A DNA stretch of 63,190 nucleotides, filler included, from Olpidium bornovanus S191 (lineage: Eukaryota > Fungi > Olpidiomycota): NCBI GenBank assembly GCA_017911155.1. It is 31 parts of 31 records of this genome, joined end to end, with 100 filler letters (N's around TTAATTAATTAA, not from the genome) between each part and the next. Parts side by side here need not be neighbours in the genome. Positions count along the whole stretch, not along the records: positions 1 to 1,473 come from JAEFCI010012747.1; positions 1,574 to 3,570 come from JAEFCI010006523.1; positions 3,671 to 5,061 come from JAEFCI010013459.1; positions 5,162 to 6,343 come from JAEFCI010012171.1; positions 6,444 to 8,339 come from JAEFCI010000133.1; positions 8,440 to 10,374 come from JAEFCI010009225.1; positions 10,475 to 13,793 come from JAEFCI010001539.1; 24 more parts are not named here. One strand, written 5' to 3'. Made by a program: the position numbers and the translations under genes. The first letter of the stretch is position 1; every line of letters starts with the position of its first letter. The notes under the pieces are model-generated. The model made no database searches. It was not told where the DNA came from and was given only the letters and a program-made list of their open reading frames with translations. Below are positions 1 to 11,952 of the stretch, piece by piece.

Positions 1-1402
1 CATGAACGCGTGCGTCCGGGAGGACGGAAAGATTTGGTATAATGTCAATTACATACGAAATGGTTAACCGAACGCAGTGTTATGCCCGGACATTCGGAGA
101 AATCCGGTACCAGCTGCACGCCGCACCCAACAACAAAAACAACCCACCCGGCGCTGCGACGCCATTTTATGATGCTTAGATCCAGTTGCAAACCATCCCT
201 CAAAAAACACTTACCTTGTTGTAAAACCAAGCCATTCGCACCGCGAAGACAAAAATATATATACAGGCCATTCAAAGTTAACCTTGTTTTGGACATTTCT
301 GCGTCGCGGCGTGACGGCTGCTGTGTGGCGGCAACGCGGGGGCTAACGGCGCCGCATTTTTTGACGCCGCCGCACGGGGCGGGGAAGTGGAACTCCAACC
401 GGCAAGCGGCGCGCAACTGGCCGGCAGTCACATGACCACCAACCAACTCCGGGCCTTTTTGCTCCCCTCTTGTCCATTAAAAGTCACACAACGGATGGCC
501 ATCGCAAGCGTGGAACCGCACCGGGGCTTCCCCCCTCCCAACGTCTTTCCCATCCTGCCCTCGACGAACTCCACGGCGCTCCAACGCACACGGTGAATCG
601 TGCCGCTCTGCGCTCAACCGTCCGTTGCGCGGGGTTCGGGTCTGCCGCGAATCATACTACACTTCCAGTTTTTATGTTTTTGAGCCGCCGGGTCAAACAT
701 ATCCCCGCGGCCCCTCCGCCGGCAATACGTTGATTGATGTGAGTGCGGGGAAGCGGGTCGGGCACAGGCGGCAGCGACACGCCGCGAGATCCAAGCAGAG
801 AGGCGACACACGAGTGCGTGACGCCCCCTCCGCCTCTCTCCTTTCGCGACCGCTTCTCTTTGCCGCGAAGAACGGAGGGAGGGAGCATCGCAACTTGGAG
901 AACCGAAACGAACGCGGCGAGACGAGAAGTGAGGTTTTGGAAGAGCACCACATCCCGGGCGGGGACCGCGGAGCGGGCCCCGCGCAACTACCAGTTGCTG
1001 ATATGAATATTAGTAACATCCTAGCAATAGTTTACCTATTAATTAATTACATCAGACTCGAACTGATTAAGCTTAGTGCAAAACTAACTACCAATTTGGC
1101 AATTGGAATGGAGGTATATGATAGCATAATAATTTACACTAAATGGAATCTGCTGTCGGGGCTCGGTAACGAAGCCGCATCTTACGACATTTATGCACAG
1201 GATGTTGTTATTTTGGGCCGGGAGCAAACCGCGAGCGCACCAGGGGTAGGGGAAACGTCGTTCCTGCCCCGCGCGATACACTTAGGCGACGCGGCCCGAG
1301 CGTTCAGGTTTGATTTTCCAACAGAAAGACGACGGCGGGTGACGCGGCGGGCGGCTCCCTCGCCCCCCGCCCTTTTTCCAGCTTCCCGCCCGACGACGAA
1401 AC

Positions 1403-1445
<43 letters not shown>

Positions 1446-1473
1446 AAAAAAAAAAAAAAAACAAAATAAAAAA

Positions 1474-1573
1474 NNNNNNNNNNNNNNNNNNNNNNNNNNN
1501 NNNNNNNNNNNNNNNNNTTAATTAATTAANNNNNNNNNNNNNNNNNNNNNNNNNNNNNNNNNNNNNNNNNNNN
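1474..1573. other. Artificial contig spacer N44-TTAATTAATTAA-N44 (first of 30)
   Basis: Identical 100-bp spacers start at 1474, 3571, 5062, 6344, 8340, 10375, 13794, 15699, 16930, 18925, 21366, 23201, 25071, 26532, 29043, 31538, 33228, 34692, 35997, 38607, 41531, 42726, 44574, 45940, 51113, 54006, 57790, 59019, 60183, 61767. TTAATTAATTAA gives stops in all six frames. Genes break off at these points. Confidence 0.99.
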
Positions 1574-2804
1574 CCGCACGAGACTCTTCGCGCTTGCTCC
1601 CCTTTTGGCGCCAATCCTCTTCCCTTTGCCGCCACTCTTTCCGCTCCGTTCGACCCGCTTGATTTCTGACTGGGAGATGTGAAGAGTCCCCTTACTGAAG
1701 CGGCCGACTCCCACATTGGCCAGCCCGCGGTCGCCCTCCTTACGCAGACGAACCCTACGTTTTGCCGAGGCAGCGTAGTTGTGCTTTAGCGACTTGTGAT
1801 ATAAGCCGATGTTCTTAGCCTGGAGTGGAATACGGAAACAAGAAATAAGAAAATGTTCTCGCCGCCCTTCCCACACCTCCCCCCCTCTTCCCCCCCGCAT
1901 CTTCCCCATTTGTCTAATCGTAAATACCTCTTCGAGGACTTTGAGGTCCTTTTTGCGCTGCGCCGCTTTTAGGCCTAGCCCCATGGAAAGCGGCATTTTG
2001 TGTTTCGGTGTTTCCTTCATTCCGAGTTTGACAGCCTGATTCGCTACCCACCAGCGCCGCTCTTTGCCGCTAAGTTGCTTCGCTGAGTAGTCCTCGATAA
2101 GCTTCGACGCCTCAAGGATAGACATCAGCTCCGCATCGTTCTTGCGATCCTCCCTTGGAAAAAGTGGGGGGGAAGAGTATAGCGCGTCAGAGAAATTTTC
2201 TGCAGCGCGCCGTGGCGATGTTTTTGTGACGCGCTACATACTCGTCTTCTTTCAAGTCCGCGGCCGTCGGCGGTCGGCGCACGGGTGCTTCCGACGTCTT
2301 GCAGATCTTGGACGACTGCAGGGCGTGACTTGATCACGTCAGCAGCATAACGCGGTTCCTTTGGTGTGTGGACCAACATTCCGTGCAAAATTCGAGTTCG
2401 ACAGACACCGGCGCGGCACGCACCAAGAAAGCCTTCCGGCCCTCCTTCAGGTGCAGGTCTGACTCTGCCGAAGCCGAAAACAACGAGGCGGCCGAGGCGT
2501 CGACTACGACCACGCCACCCCTGTTGGCCCCCCCGGCTTCCGGCTCGGCATCCTCGCCGATGCCCCCGCCATCCTCCGACTCGGACTCGTCGGTTTCCGT
2601 GGCATCCGCCGACTCGGTCCCGCTTGTATGTTCCGCCTCTCCCTCGCTGCTGTCGATGTCCTCTTCCTGTGACAACTCCGTCGACGCGGCGGCCGCAGCC
2701 GCTCTACGGGCCAGCCGCTGCTGCTTGCGGTTTAGCACGGGCTCCTCTAGTCCACCTAGCCGCTCCATGAACGCACGACCGTGGGCGGACAGGCGAGCCA
2801 GCAT
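1574..2804 (-). CDS. FAF1: 40S ribosome assembly factor Faf1-like (DUF4602 family); spliced, 3'-truncated, start uncertain
   Basis: Spliced reading: MLARLSAHGRAFMERLGGLEE...KAFL|SSKI...DLKEDE|EDRKNDAELMSILEASKLIEDYSAKQLSGKERR...KHKMPLSMGLGLK...GDRGLANVGVGRFSKGTLHISQSEIKRV. This follows the Faf1 motif order. GT..AG introns fit in phase. Confidence 0.75.
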
Positions 2805-3511
2805 CTCCGCCTGCGTCCTGGCGTCGTCTTCCTGTGCCTTCCCCTCCCGCGCCGCACCGCCTGCCGCCTCCTTCTCGACCAGCGTGCCTTCGGCAAAACC
2901 GCCGGCCGAGAAGCGCCCCGCGCTCTTTCGTCGCTTCTTCGAGCATTGCGGCTGCTGGTGGTGCGGCCCACCGCTCGCCCGCTTGCGCTCCGACCGGCGG
3001 TCGGCGTCCGCGTTATCGTCCCCCGGCTCCGGCGATGGTTCGGAGCCTTCGCCGCCGAACAACGCGGCGAGAAACTCGTCGCCCTTCGCCTTCAACTTTT
3101 CGAACGTGGAAGTGGACTTCTGGCTGCGGGGGCGCCCCGAAGCGTGAGAACCGGATGCGCGACGACGAAGGAGAACGGCCCGGTTCAGTTCGGGGGTGAA
3201 AGAAGGGAGGGCGCCCCCCGGCGGCGGTTCCACCGCGAGGTGGCAAACGCACTCTTTCGAGTTCACATACAGCCCCTCCCCCCGGGCAAAACGTCGCACT
3301 CACTGCTGCTGGTTGCTTTCCCACCGTTTGTCGTCCACCTTGCCGGCCTTGCGTTCGGCCATCCCGCACGTTCAGCGACACGGCCCTTTTCCGACTGTTG
3401 CGTTTCTTTTTCTCTCTTTCTTCCTATCGGGTTATGCACAAAAACGGGCGGGCGACGGTGAAGGTTTTGGGGCGGCGGGGGTGATCCCGCTGGAAACAAA
3501 AGGGGGAAAGG

Positions 3512-3552
<41 letters not shown>

Positions 3553-3670
3553 CCCCGGGGGCCCCCCCCCNNNNNNNNNNNNNNNNNNNNNNNNNNNNNN
3601 NNNNNNNNNNNNNNTTAATTAATTAANNNNNNNNNNNNNNNNNNNNNNNNNNNNNNNNNNNNNNNNNNNN

Positions 3671-3880
3671 CATGACGCGCATTATCATAAGTACCCGAAT
3701 TGTTGTGGTAGGCAAACGTTGCAATAATGCCAAGGTTGAGTGAGGGTATTCCACCGTTGATAACGGTGTCAAAAAATTTCTTGGCAATTCCCGGTATTTG
3801 CGACGGTTTGACACCAATTTCCGTCGCCAAATTGCGAATGATGCTCTCTCCGGAGCAATCATTCATAAAGTTTTCAAAAG
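3671..3880 (-). CDS. Probable exon of an unidentified protein
   Basis: Branch-like ACTAAT and TTGCAG acceptor precede an open, complex reading frame (FENFMNDCSGESIIRNLATEIGVKPSQIPGIAKKFFDTVINGG...TYDNARH) running to the contig end. No family recognised. Confidence 0.4.
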
Positions 3881-5161
3881 CTGCAACAACACCAACATTA
3901 GTCTTTCCAGTCCATTCCAGCCGGAAAAAAGTCACACGTTTACCTATCCTCCGCGAAACGGCTAGTACCTGCCTGTCATTGGATCTGCAAATGCCGGGGC
4001 GGGTCGTTTGCGGCGGGTGATGCTGGAGTTCCTGGCATCGCTGCGCAGTATCTCTTCTAGCTCTTTTCCTTGCACAGTGGACGACGGATTATTCGACCTT
4101 CCAGCGTCCGTGCCTGCTGCAGAGCTCTGGTCGGGGATTTCCTCTGCTGCCTTCCGCAACTGCGAGTGGCCCGCGGATCTCTTGCTGACCGAACCGTAAT
4201 CCCTGCTACGAACTGGAGACAGGCGCTGCGGGGCGGGATTGTTGCTGCAACCCAAGTCCTCTTCGCGTCCCTTGACAACGTCTGCGGTCATTCGCAAGAC
4301 GCGGTCGGCAGCGTACGGGCGTCTTCCGGACGGCCAGACGGTGCACCGCAGATCCCCGGGGCGCAATGCCTTCCGCGATTTAACGCGGGCAGGCCAGCGT
4401 ACAACGGGTTCCGAAGATGGCCAGGTGTGCAGCCAGCACGCACCTCGCCCTGCCGACATGTCCGCCGGCCAACATACGGAAGGCTGGAGCGGGCGTCTGG
4501 CAGACAGGGGCTTTCCCAGGACCCTGGCGGCGGCGGCGGTGCCCAGCGGGGCAGCCATGCTGACAGCTGCGGGGGCTCCGGCAACGCGGCAAGCAGCCTG
4601 TGGGCGATGGTGGTCCGCGGCGTGAACGAGGGCGCTGGTTGCGCGGGCGTTTGGGCGGCGCGACTCGGTTTTCTGTTGACGTTTCGGCGGCCGAAAACAA
4701 CAAAATTGAATGTCCGGTCGGGGGGGGGGGATCCCGCCGGAAAACACCCGGGAAACTATCGCCCGCCACACACGCGCCGCCTTCTCCCACTTGGCCGCGC
4801 CGGGCGGGGCGGGCGTACGGCCCCGCCCCCCTGCCCTTCCCCCCCCCCCCCCCCCCCCCCCCCCCCCTTTCCGGGCGACTCCGGGCGCGCGCGGCGGAGA
4901 TTCTTGCCAACATGGGAAAAAGGAGAGGAGGGGGGGGGGCAAAAAAAAAAAAAAAAAAAGGCCAGTCGGGCTGAGGAACCGCGCCCCGCCCCGGACGCCG
5001 CGCTTCTAGGGTCAACGCAGATCAACGAAGTCGCCTACTCCTCGTCTTCGCGGGGCCCTGCNNNNNNNNNNNNNNNNNNNNNNNNNNNNNNNNNNNNNNN
5101 NNNNNTTAATTAATTAANNNNNNNNNNNNNNNNNNNNNNNNNNNNNNNNNNNNNNNNNNNN

Positions 5162-6123
<962 letters not shown>

Positions 6124-6246
6124 TTTGGCGGGCGGACGGCCCCTCCGACGGCGGAAGGCGAGGAGCGGCGGTGCGGACGGGGGGGGGGAGGGTCTCGCGT
6201 GCGGGCGTCCGCGCGACGACAGCCGAGCGTGGGCAGGCGGCGGCGC

Positions 6247-6335
<89 letters not shown>

Positions 6336-6443
6336 GCAACGGGNNNNNNNNNNNNNNNNNNNNNNNNNNNNNNNNNNNNNNNNNNNNTTAATTAATTAAN
6401 NNNNNNNNNNNNNNNNNNNNNNNNNNNNNNNNNNNNNNNNNNN

Positions 6444-7176
6444 CATGTCATTCGCGGTGCCAACAATCATACTAAGCGTCTCCTACGAGGTCCTATTTTA
6501 TGCGGCGTTCTCAACAACGCTTATCCTCTGGATAGAGCTTGAGCGGCGCCTGCACAGCGCGATGCGGCACTCGGTCGGTTGCATTTTTTTTTTTCATTGG
6601 GCGGCGTTGACGGATGAAAATGAGGCAATCGACGTTAAAACAACCTCTGTTTTCGTCACCCGGACCGTCGGGATGAAGGACCCGCTGACGCCGCCGTCTG
6701 GATCGCGTCCCCTGTTAAGCGACGACCTTCGCACGACCTTTTTCTTCCTCGTGTTCTTTCACGCAGCATTTTTCGGGACCGGCAACGTGGCCAGCGTGAG
6801 CTCCTTCAGTCTGGAGGCTGTGCTGCGCCTCCTCCCCGTCTTCGACCCGTTTTCCATGGGCGCTCTCCTGGTCCTGAAGATCGTCGTGCCGTTCGCGCTG
6901 CTGTCCGCCGCGTTCGGCGTGCTAACCCGCGTGCTACGGCTAGACTCCGCAGCGCTGTTTGGGATAGTGACGTCCACCGTGGACGTGATGACTCTGGACT
7001 TTTTCTACGCCGTCCGGAACGAGGGCTCGTGGCTCGACATCGGGACGAGCATAAGTTGTTTCGTCATCGCCAGCTGCTTCGGGATCCTCCTGCTCGTCCT
7101 CAGTGCGGTGGCTCAGGTCCTCGTGGGGGACGTCAACGTCCGCCCGCCGGAACGTGTCAAAGACAAGCCGACTTAG
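6444..7176 (+). CDS. MCD4: GPI ethanolamine-phosphate transferase 1 (Mcd4/PIG-N), C-terminal part
   Basis: FFGTGNVASVSSFSLEAVLRLLPVFDPFSMGALLVLKIVVPF and EGSWLDIGTSIS are PIG-N C-terminal membrane-domain signatures. Stop TAG at 7174-7176. A short in-frame intron near 6573-6680 is possible. Confidence 0.92.
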
Positions 7177-7212
7177 ATTTTTTTTTGTCTGTAGGGCGAG
7201 CGTGGGAAGGAT

Positions 7213-7253
<41 letters not shown>

Positions 7254-7718
7254 AGGGGGGGGGGGGGGAGGGGGGGGGGGGGGGGGTGGGGTGTGAATCC
7301 GATGTCGTCGCAGCTGTCCGCGTCATGAGTTTTGGGAACCTTCTCTTTTACCTCCGGACCAATTTTCTGCCTTTCGCGAGATGCTGAGGGGGAAGGTGGG
7401 ACACCGTCTGTCTGTCATCGGAGTCAACAGCGGGGCAGGCCTGGCCCGGATTCTCAAATCGAGTCGTCCTGTAAAGGCGATTCATATAATCGAGCGCCCT
7501 CCCTTCATCCCCCCACTCCCGCCCGGGGCCTAAAAAACGCCAACGTCTGAATACAACCGGGCGGTGGGCGGTCATCAAACGGGAGGAGATTTTTTTTAAG
7601 CTTATGGACATGACACGAACGAAAAAGCTCAAAAAAACCTACAGCGGCCCAACTTCTCCCCCCTCCGTTCCGAAATGTTTGTCCCAGACGTGAGAAACAA
7701 GACGCCAGGAAGGAAAAG

Positions 7719-7756
<38 letters not shown>

Positions 7757-8176
7757 GGGGTCCCCCGCGCGGGGGCAGGCGTGAGTTTGGTGTTAAGTGC
7801 GCGGGGCGCCCTCTCGCCAGACTCCCAAAGGATGGGCGGTCTGCGTGCACGGCGGAAAACGCGCGGCGTCCGCCCACTGCTGAATGTCGCCAACCGACCG
7901 CTCGACTGGACCATTTCTGCTGAAAAGCTTTTGCTAGACGCCGATATAAAAAAAAAATAATCGCGCCTATCCTTCTGACGGGGGAAGGGGAAGGGAGGGG
8001 GGGGGGGAAGGGGGGCAGATAAAGAGCAGGCGAAGAAACTGTTATTCTCTCCGACCGTCAATGGGGTTGTCCCCTTCCGGATGACGCATGGTTCAAGGTG
8101 CCTCCCTTCCCCCAACACCCCCCTGGAGCCGCCGTGGGGGCGGCTCATGGGGGGGGGGGGTGGGGGGTACAGAGTT

Positions 8177-8275
8177 TCATAGCTTTGGGACAGGGACGGC
8201 GGCGCTCAGCTCGGCATACATGGCGTCGATCTCCTGCCTGTAGCGTTCGGCGAGCTCGTGTCGCTTGAGCTTGAA
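8177..8275 (-). CDS. Last exon of a long-chain acyl-CoA synthetase-like protein
   Basis: CAG acceptor, then FKLKRHELAERYRQEIDAMYAELSAAVPVPKL*. This matches the (T)FKLKR...QID.MY tail of long-chain fatty-acid-CoA ligases. Confidence 0.7.
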   Translation of the reverse strand, partial: FKLKRHELAERYRQEIDAMYAELSAAVPVPKL

Positions 8276-8545
8276 CTGGAAAAAAAAATAACGAAAACAC
8301 GCGAAAATGGTGAGCGCGCGTCGGGTCAAAATGAAAAGCNNNNNNNNNNNNNNNNNNNNNNNNNNNNNNNNNNNNNNNNNNNNTTAATTAATTAANNNNN
8401 NNNNNNNNNNNNNNNNNNNNNNNNNNNNNNNNNNNNNNNCCCTCCGTGTGATCTTCGTGGTCTGAATTTGCCAAATCCTGCTGGTCCTACATCAATACCG
8501 GGGCAAAAGTTCCCCCTTATACAACACACCAATTTTCTCCGCTAG

Positions 8546-8997
8546 AAAATCTGCCTCATGGCACTAATTGAAGCCGTCTTCAAACGGCCTCCCGACATCC
8601 GGACCCTGCCGTTTGCGAACATCGCGTCCGAGACGCGGTTGCCGGAGGTAAGGTTTAAAAAAAAAACTGGTTTTTTTGGCGTATCCAACGTGTCCCATCG
8701 TGAGATTTCCGCCGATTACCGCCCACCGACCAGAACAAATCACCTGTTGACTGAATTTTTTGCTCTGCTGGCCACCACATTCAAATCATACCAAAATCGC
8801 AGGTTGAACACCTTGTCATGAAGGCCCTCTCGCTAGGGCTTATCAGAGGCTTGATCGACGAGTTAGAGCAAAAGGTCGAGGTCAAGTGGGTGCAGCCGAG
8901 GGTACTGGACAAAAAAAAATTTGCCGATTGGGCGGACAAGGTGCAGAACTCCGTCGAGTTTGTTGGGTCCGAGGCCCCAGAGCTGTTTGCACAATGA
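8546..8997 (+). CDS. RPN9: 26S proteasome lid subunit Rpn9/PSMD13, last two exons
   Basis: Exons 8546-8647 and 8803-8997: KICLMALIEAVFKRPPDIRTLPFANIASETRLPE|VEHLVMKALSLGLIRGLIDELEQKVEVKWVQPRVLD...PELFAQ*. PCI-domain end with the WVQPRVL motif. Confidence 0.9.
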
Positions 8998-9670
8998 CAT
9001 ACGGGATCGTGCCAGCGTGCGGTAAAGTTCCCCGCGTCGTACATTCCATCTCTGGGCACATTGCGAAGCGCAGGTGCATACATCTTTTTAGCATCGTTCT
9101 TTCACAGCTGTAGTCTCCCTTTATGTCCGTGTTCAGGAAATCAGGCATGGTTGAAACTGCCGGCAGGCGTAGAAGTGGGCCAAAACGACCATAAGCTGCT
9201 ACCACCCTGACGGAAAGTGTTGCTCGTTTGTCATCCGCAGCGCTTCAAGTTATCCGGAGCATTTGTTTATAGACCGACCATCGCGAATTACTCGCCCCCA
9301 CAGAGGCGCCGGAAAGCTGAACGTCAGCCAACACGCCGCCGTTGAACCTGTTGGAAATAACGGGGCCCCAGGGGCGGAGACGCACTGCGCGCACCCGTTG
9401 CCCCTTTGTAGAGTTCCTAGTTCCCGTCATATAGAAAAAGGGCCAGAGGAAACTAATAAACAAACGCCACGAATACAGTTCTCCTTCCTTCCCGCCGTTC
9501 TCGCGGCCCCGCGGCGCATCCCCGCGCCGCGCATCTTCGCCTTCTCCTCCGGCTCGAAAGAACGCGGCGGAAGTACCAGCCAATGGGAAGTACGACACCG
9601 CCGTATAATATAATAATAATAATAGTATCTATAATATAAATAATATTAGTAATAATAATAATATTCGCCA

Positions 9671-9745
9671 CACGCGACCATGGAACACGCGACCATGGAA
9701 CACGCGACCACGGGACACGCGACCACGGGACACGCGGCCATGGAA
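9671..9745 (+). repeat. 15-bp tandem repeat x5 (CACGCGRCCAYGGRA)
   Basis: Five consecutive units seen directly, encoding HATME/HATTG/HAAME at the start of a gag-like frame. Confidence 0.95.
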
Positions 9746-10374
9746 GTGAACGGCTGGAGAAGGATCGTAAAGAGCGAGAACGAAAAGGCCGAAGCTCTAC
9801 TCGGGGACCTCGAAACCCCAGCAGAGCAGAGAGGAAGACGACACCAGAGCTCTCAAGTGGCTAGAAGGACGTCAGCCCGGGAGCGCAGCACTTCACGGGA
9901 CTTGGCCATCTCCGCGCTCTCCCAAACGTCAAGGCTGTCAAAGCTGTTTGTCCGCTCTCAGTGAATAGTAGACTCCGTTCTCCTCCAAAGACAGAAGGAA
10001 AAGGCGAAACGAGAGGCTGAAGGCAAGGACGCCGAAAACGCCACGCTCAAACGACAAGTTGAAGTGCTGCAGAGGCAACTCGCCGACCACTGTGCCACAA
10101 TCGAGGAATTGCTATCGAGCAACACACGGAAGACCAAAACTACGCAGGAACAAGAGCAAACGACCTTTTGGCGTGAACCATGCTAGCCGCCGTCCCAACG
10201 TACAATGGCACGGGAGGAGCCACGCCGCTCACGAACTTCATCGCCAAGGTCGAGACAGCAGCAGAGCAAGCCGAGCTTAACGAGGGACAAACGCTTGCCC
10301 TGGTGACCCACCGCCTTTCCGGACAAGCAAGCATCCTCTGGCTCTCCCACATCAAGGAACACCCAAAGGGGAGC
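9680..10374 (+). mobile_element. Degenerate retrotransposon gag-like ORF
   Basis: Coiled-coil segment (QRQKEKAKREAE...LKRQVEVLQRQL) follows an in-frame TGA at 9962-9964. After a frameshift comes VPTYNG...TNFIAKVETAAEQAELNEGQTLALVTHRLSGQASILWL, a gag capsid-like pattern. Confidence 0.6.
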
Positions 10375-10474
10375 NNNNNNNNNNNNNNNNNNNNNNNNNN
10401 NNNNNNNNNNNNNNNNNNTTAATTAATTAANNNNNNNNNNNNNNNNNNNNNNNNNNNNNNNNNNNNNNNNNNNN

Positions 10475-11320
10475 TACGAGCAAGGCGAGACGCGTCCTGG
10501 ACCAAGAACATTTCGTCAAAGCCCTCCTCGAAAGGTTCAATATGCAGAACGCGAATCCCGTCGCAACCCCCTTAGAAGCGGGGGCCCTCGAGGCGTTGAC
10601 CATGACCATGGCCGGCGACAAAGAAAAGAACGGAGAAGGAGGCACTGAACGATACCAAGAAGCCATCGGATCGCTTATGTGGTTGGCTACCATGACCAGA
10701 CCCGACCTGGCATTCACCGTGTCCTTCTTGTCCCGATTTGTTGCATCCCCAAGCGTTAAACATTGGGGAGCAGTCAAGAAAGCGCTGCGCTACCTCGCAG
10801 GGACTCAGCGCTACGAGATCCACTTCATGGAAGGAGAGTCTAAATTGATCACGTTTAGCGATGCGGATTGGGCTGGGTGGCGCGCGACACGAGCGTCGAC
10901 AACCGGCTTGATCGCTCTTTACGGCAACAGACCAGTGTCATGGAGATCGGCGCGCCAGAAGTGCGTTGCAACATCTACCTGTGAGGCAGAGTTCGTCGCG
11001 GGTTCAGCGGCAGCACAGGAAACCGTCTGGCTGAGGTCCATAATACGCGGGGTCTCCTTGATGACCAACAGCCCAACGCCGCTCATGATAGACAACACGT
11101 GAGCCGCAGAACTTGCTGCGGACAACAAGGCTTCAAAAAGGTCGAAGCACATAGACATCAAATACCACCACCTGAGATGATGCGCAGCGGATGGCGAGAT
11201 CCAAATTCAGAGGGTCAAAACCGCAGAAAACCCGGCGGACATGTTCACAAAGCCGCTGGACAAAGTCAAGTTCACCAAATTTTGGGGAACGATCGGGATA
11301 GGTCCGTGCAACGACTAACC
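10475..11320 (+). mobile_element. Ty1/copia pol fragment (RT C-terminus + RNase H), pseudogenised
   Basis: RYQEAIGSLMWLATMTRPDLAF, FSDADWAG, SWRSARQKCVATSTCEAEF, IDN, SKHIDIKYHHLR and ENPADMFTKPL are copia RT/RNase H motifs. Two in-frame TGA stops. Confidence 0.95.
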
Positions 11321-11397
11321 GTCCAAGATTTACAGCAAGAAAGGCAAACGTAGACCGGACGAAGGAAAATTAAGTGACCATGGGATATAGATTTCCT

Positions 11398-11420
11398 AGG
11401 AGAGGTGGGGTGTTGAAACA
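11398..11420 (+). mobile_element. Polypurine tract and start of 3' LTR
   Basis: AGGAGAGGTGGGG immediately followed by TGTTGAAAC (11411), about 80 bp after the RNase H end. This is the canonical PPT-TG arrangement. The LTR 3' end is not resolved. Confidence 0.65.
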
Positions 11421-11910
11421 AAGGGGGGCAGTGCCCGCGTGGCTCCGGCGGAAATCCCCCCGTTCACCCCTTTCCTCCTCCTGTAAACTCGCCACACCTT
11501 TGAGGTACAAATAGGCCTGTATTCCGTAGAGATTCTACAACTCGGCGAACAGCTCCAAACAAAAGGAGTTCCCGGTCTTCCCTCTAAAAGGTGCCGTCCT
11601 TGTCTCCCCGTCCCCGTCCTCGTTCGGCCACTGCCCGTGGAAGTAAAAAGTCCTTCAGGAAGCCCTTCGCCCCATTGCCGTTCATCTCCTCCCCCCGCCC
11701 CCCCCCCATCTCCCCGTCCTCTTTGGGTGAAATTACCACAAAAGTGCTCACGTTGCCCGAACAACCCGGCCGACACATCGGCATTTTTCCGGCAAACGGA
11801 TTTCGCACAGAAACAGACAAGAATCAATTGGCACTGGGGGAAAAAAAAAAAAAAACAAAAAAAATGTAATGAGGAAAAACCAGAACCAGCTGGGGACGGA
11901 GGAGGAGGAG

Positions 11911-11916
<6 letters not shown>

Positions 11917-11950
<34 letters not shown>
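11917..11950. repeat. (AG)n microsatellite
   Basis: Perfect AG dinucleotide run. Confidence 0.9.

Positions 11951-11952
<2 letters not shown>

Noticed and set aside
6249-6334. Very long poly-G/poly-C/poly-A/poly-T runs (also about 1405-1473, 18089-18186, 41165-41230, 45865-45939) as G-quadruplex or regulatory elements
   Set aside because: They cluster at contig ends, and the neighbouring sequence looks homopolymer-smeared, typical of short-read phasing or base-calling artefacts. Lengths are unreliable.
9671-9745. 15-bp and 14-bp (28787-28856) unit arrays as CRISPR-like arrays
   Set aside because: The units are contiguous with no unique spacers, the context is eukaryotic, and no cas genes are present.
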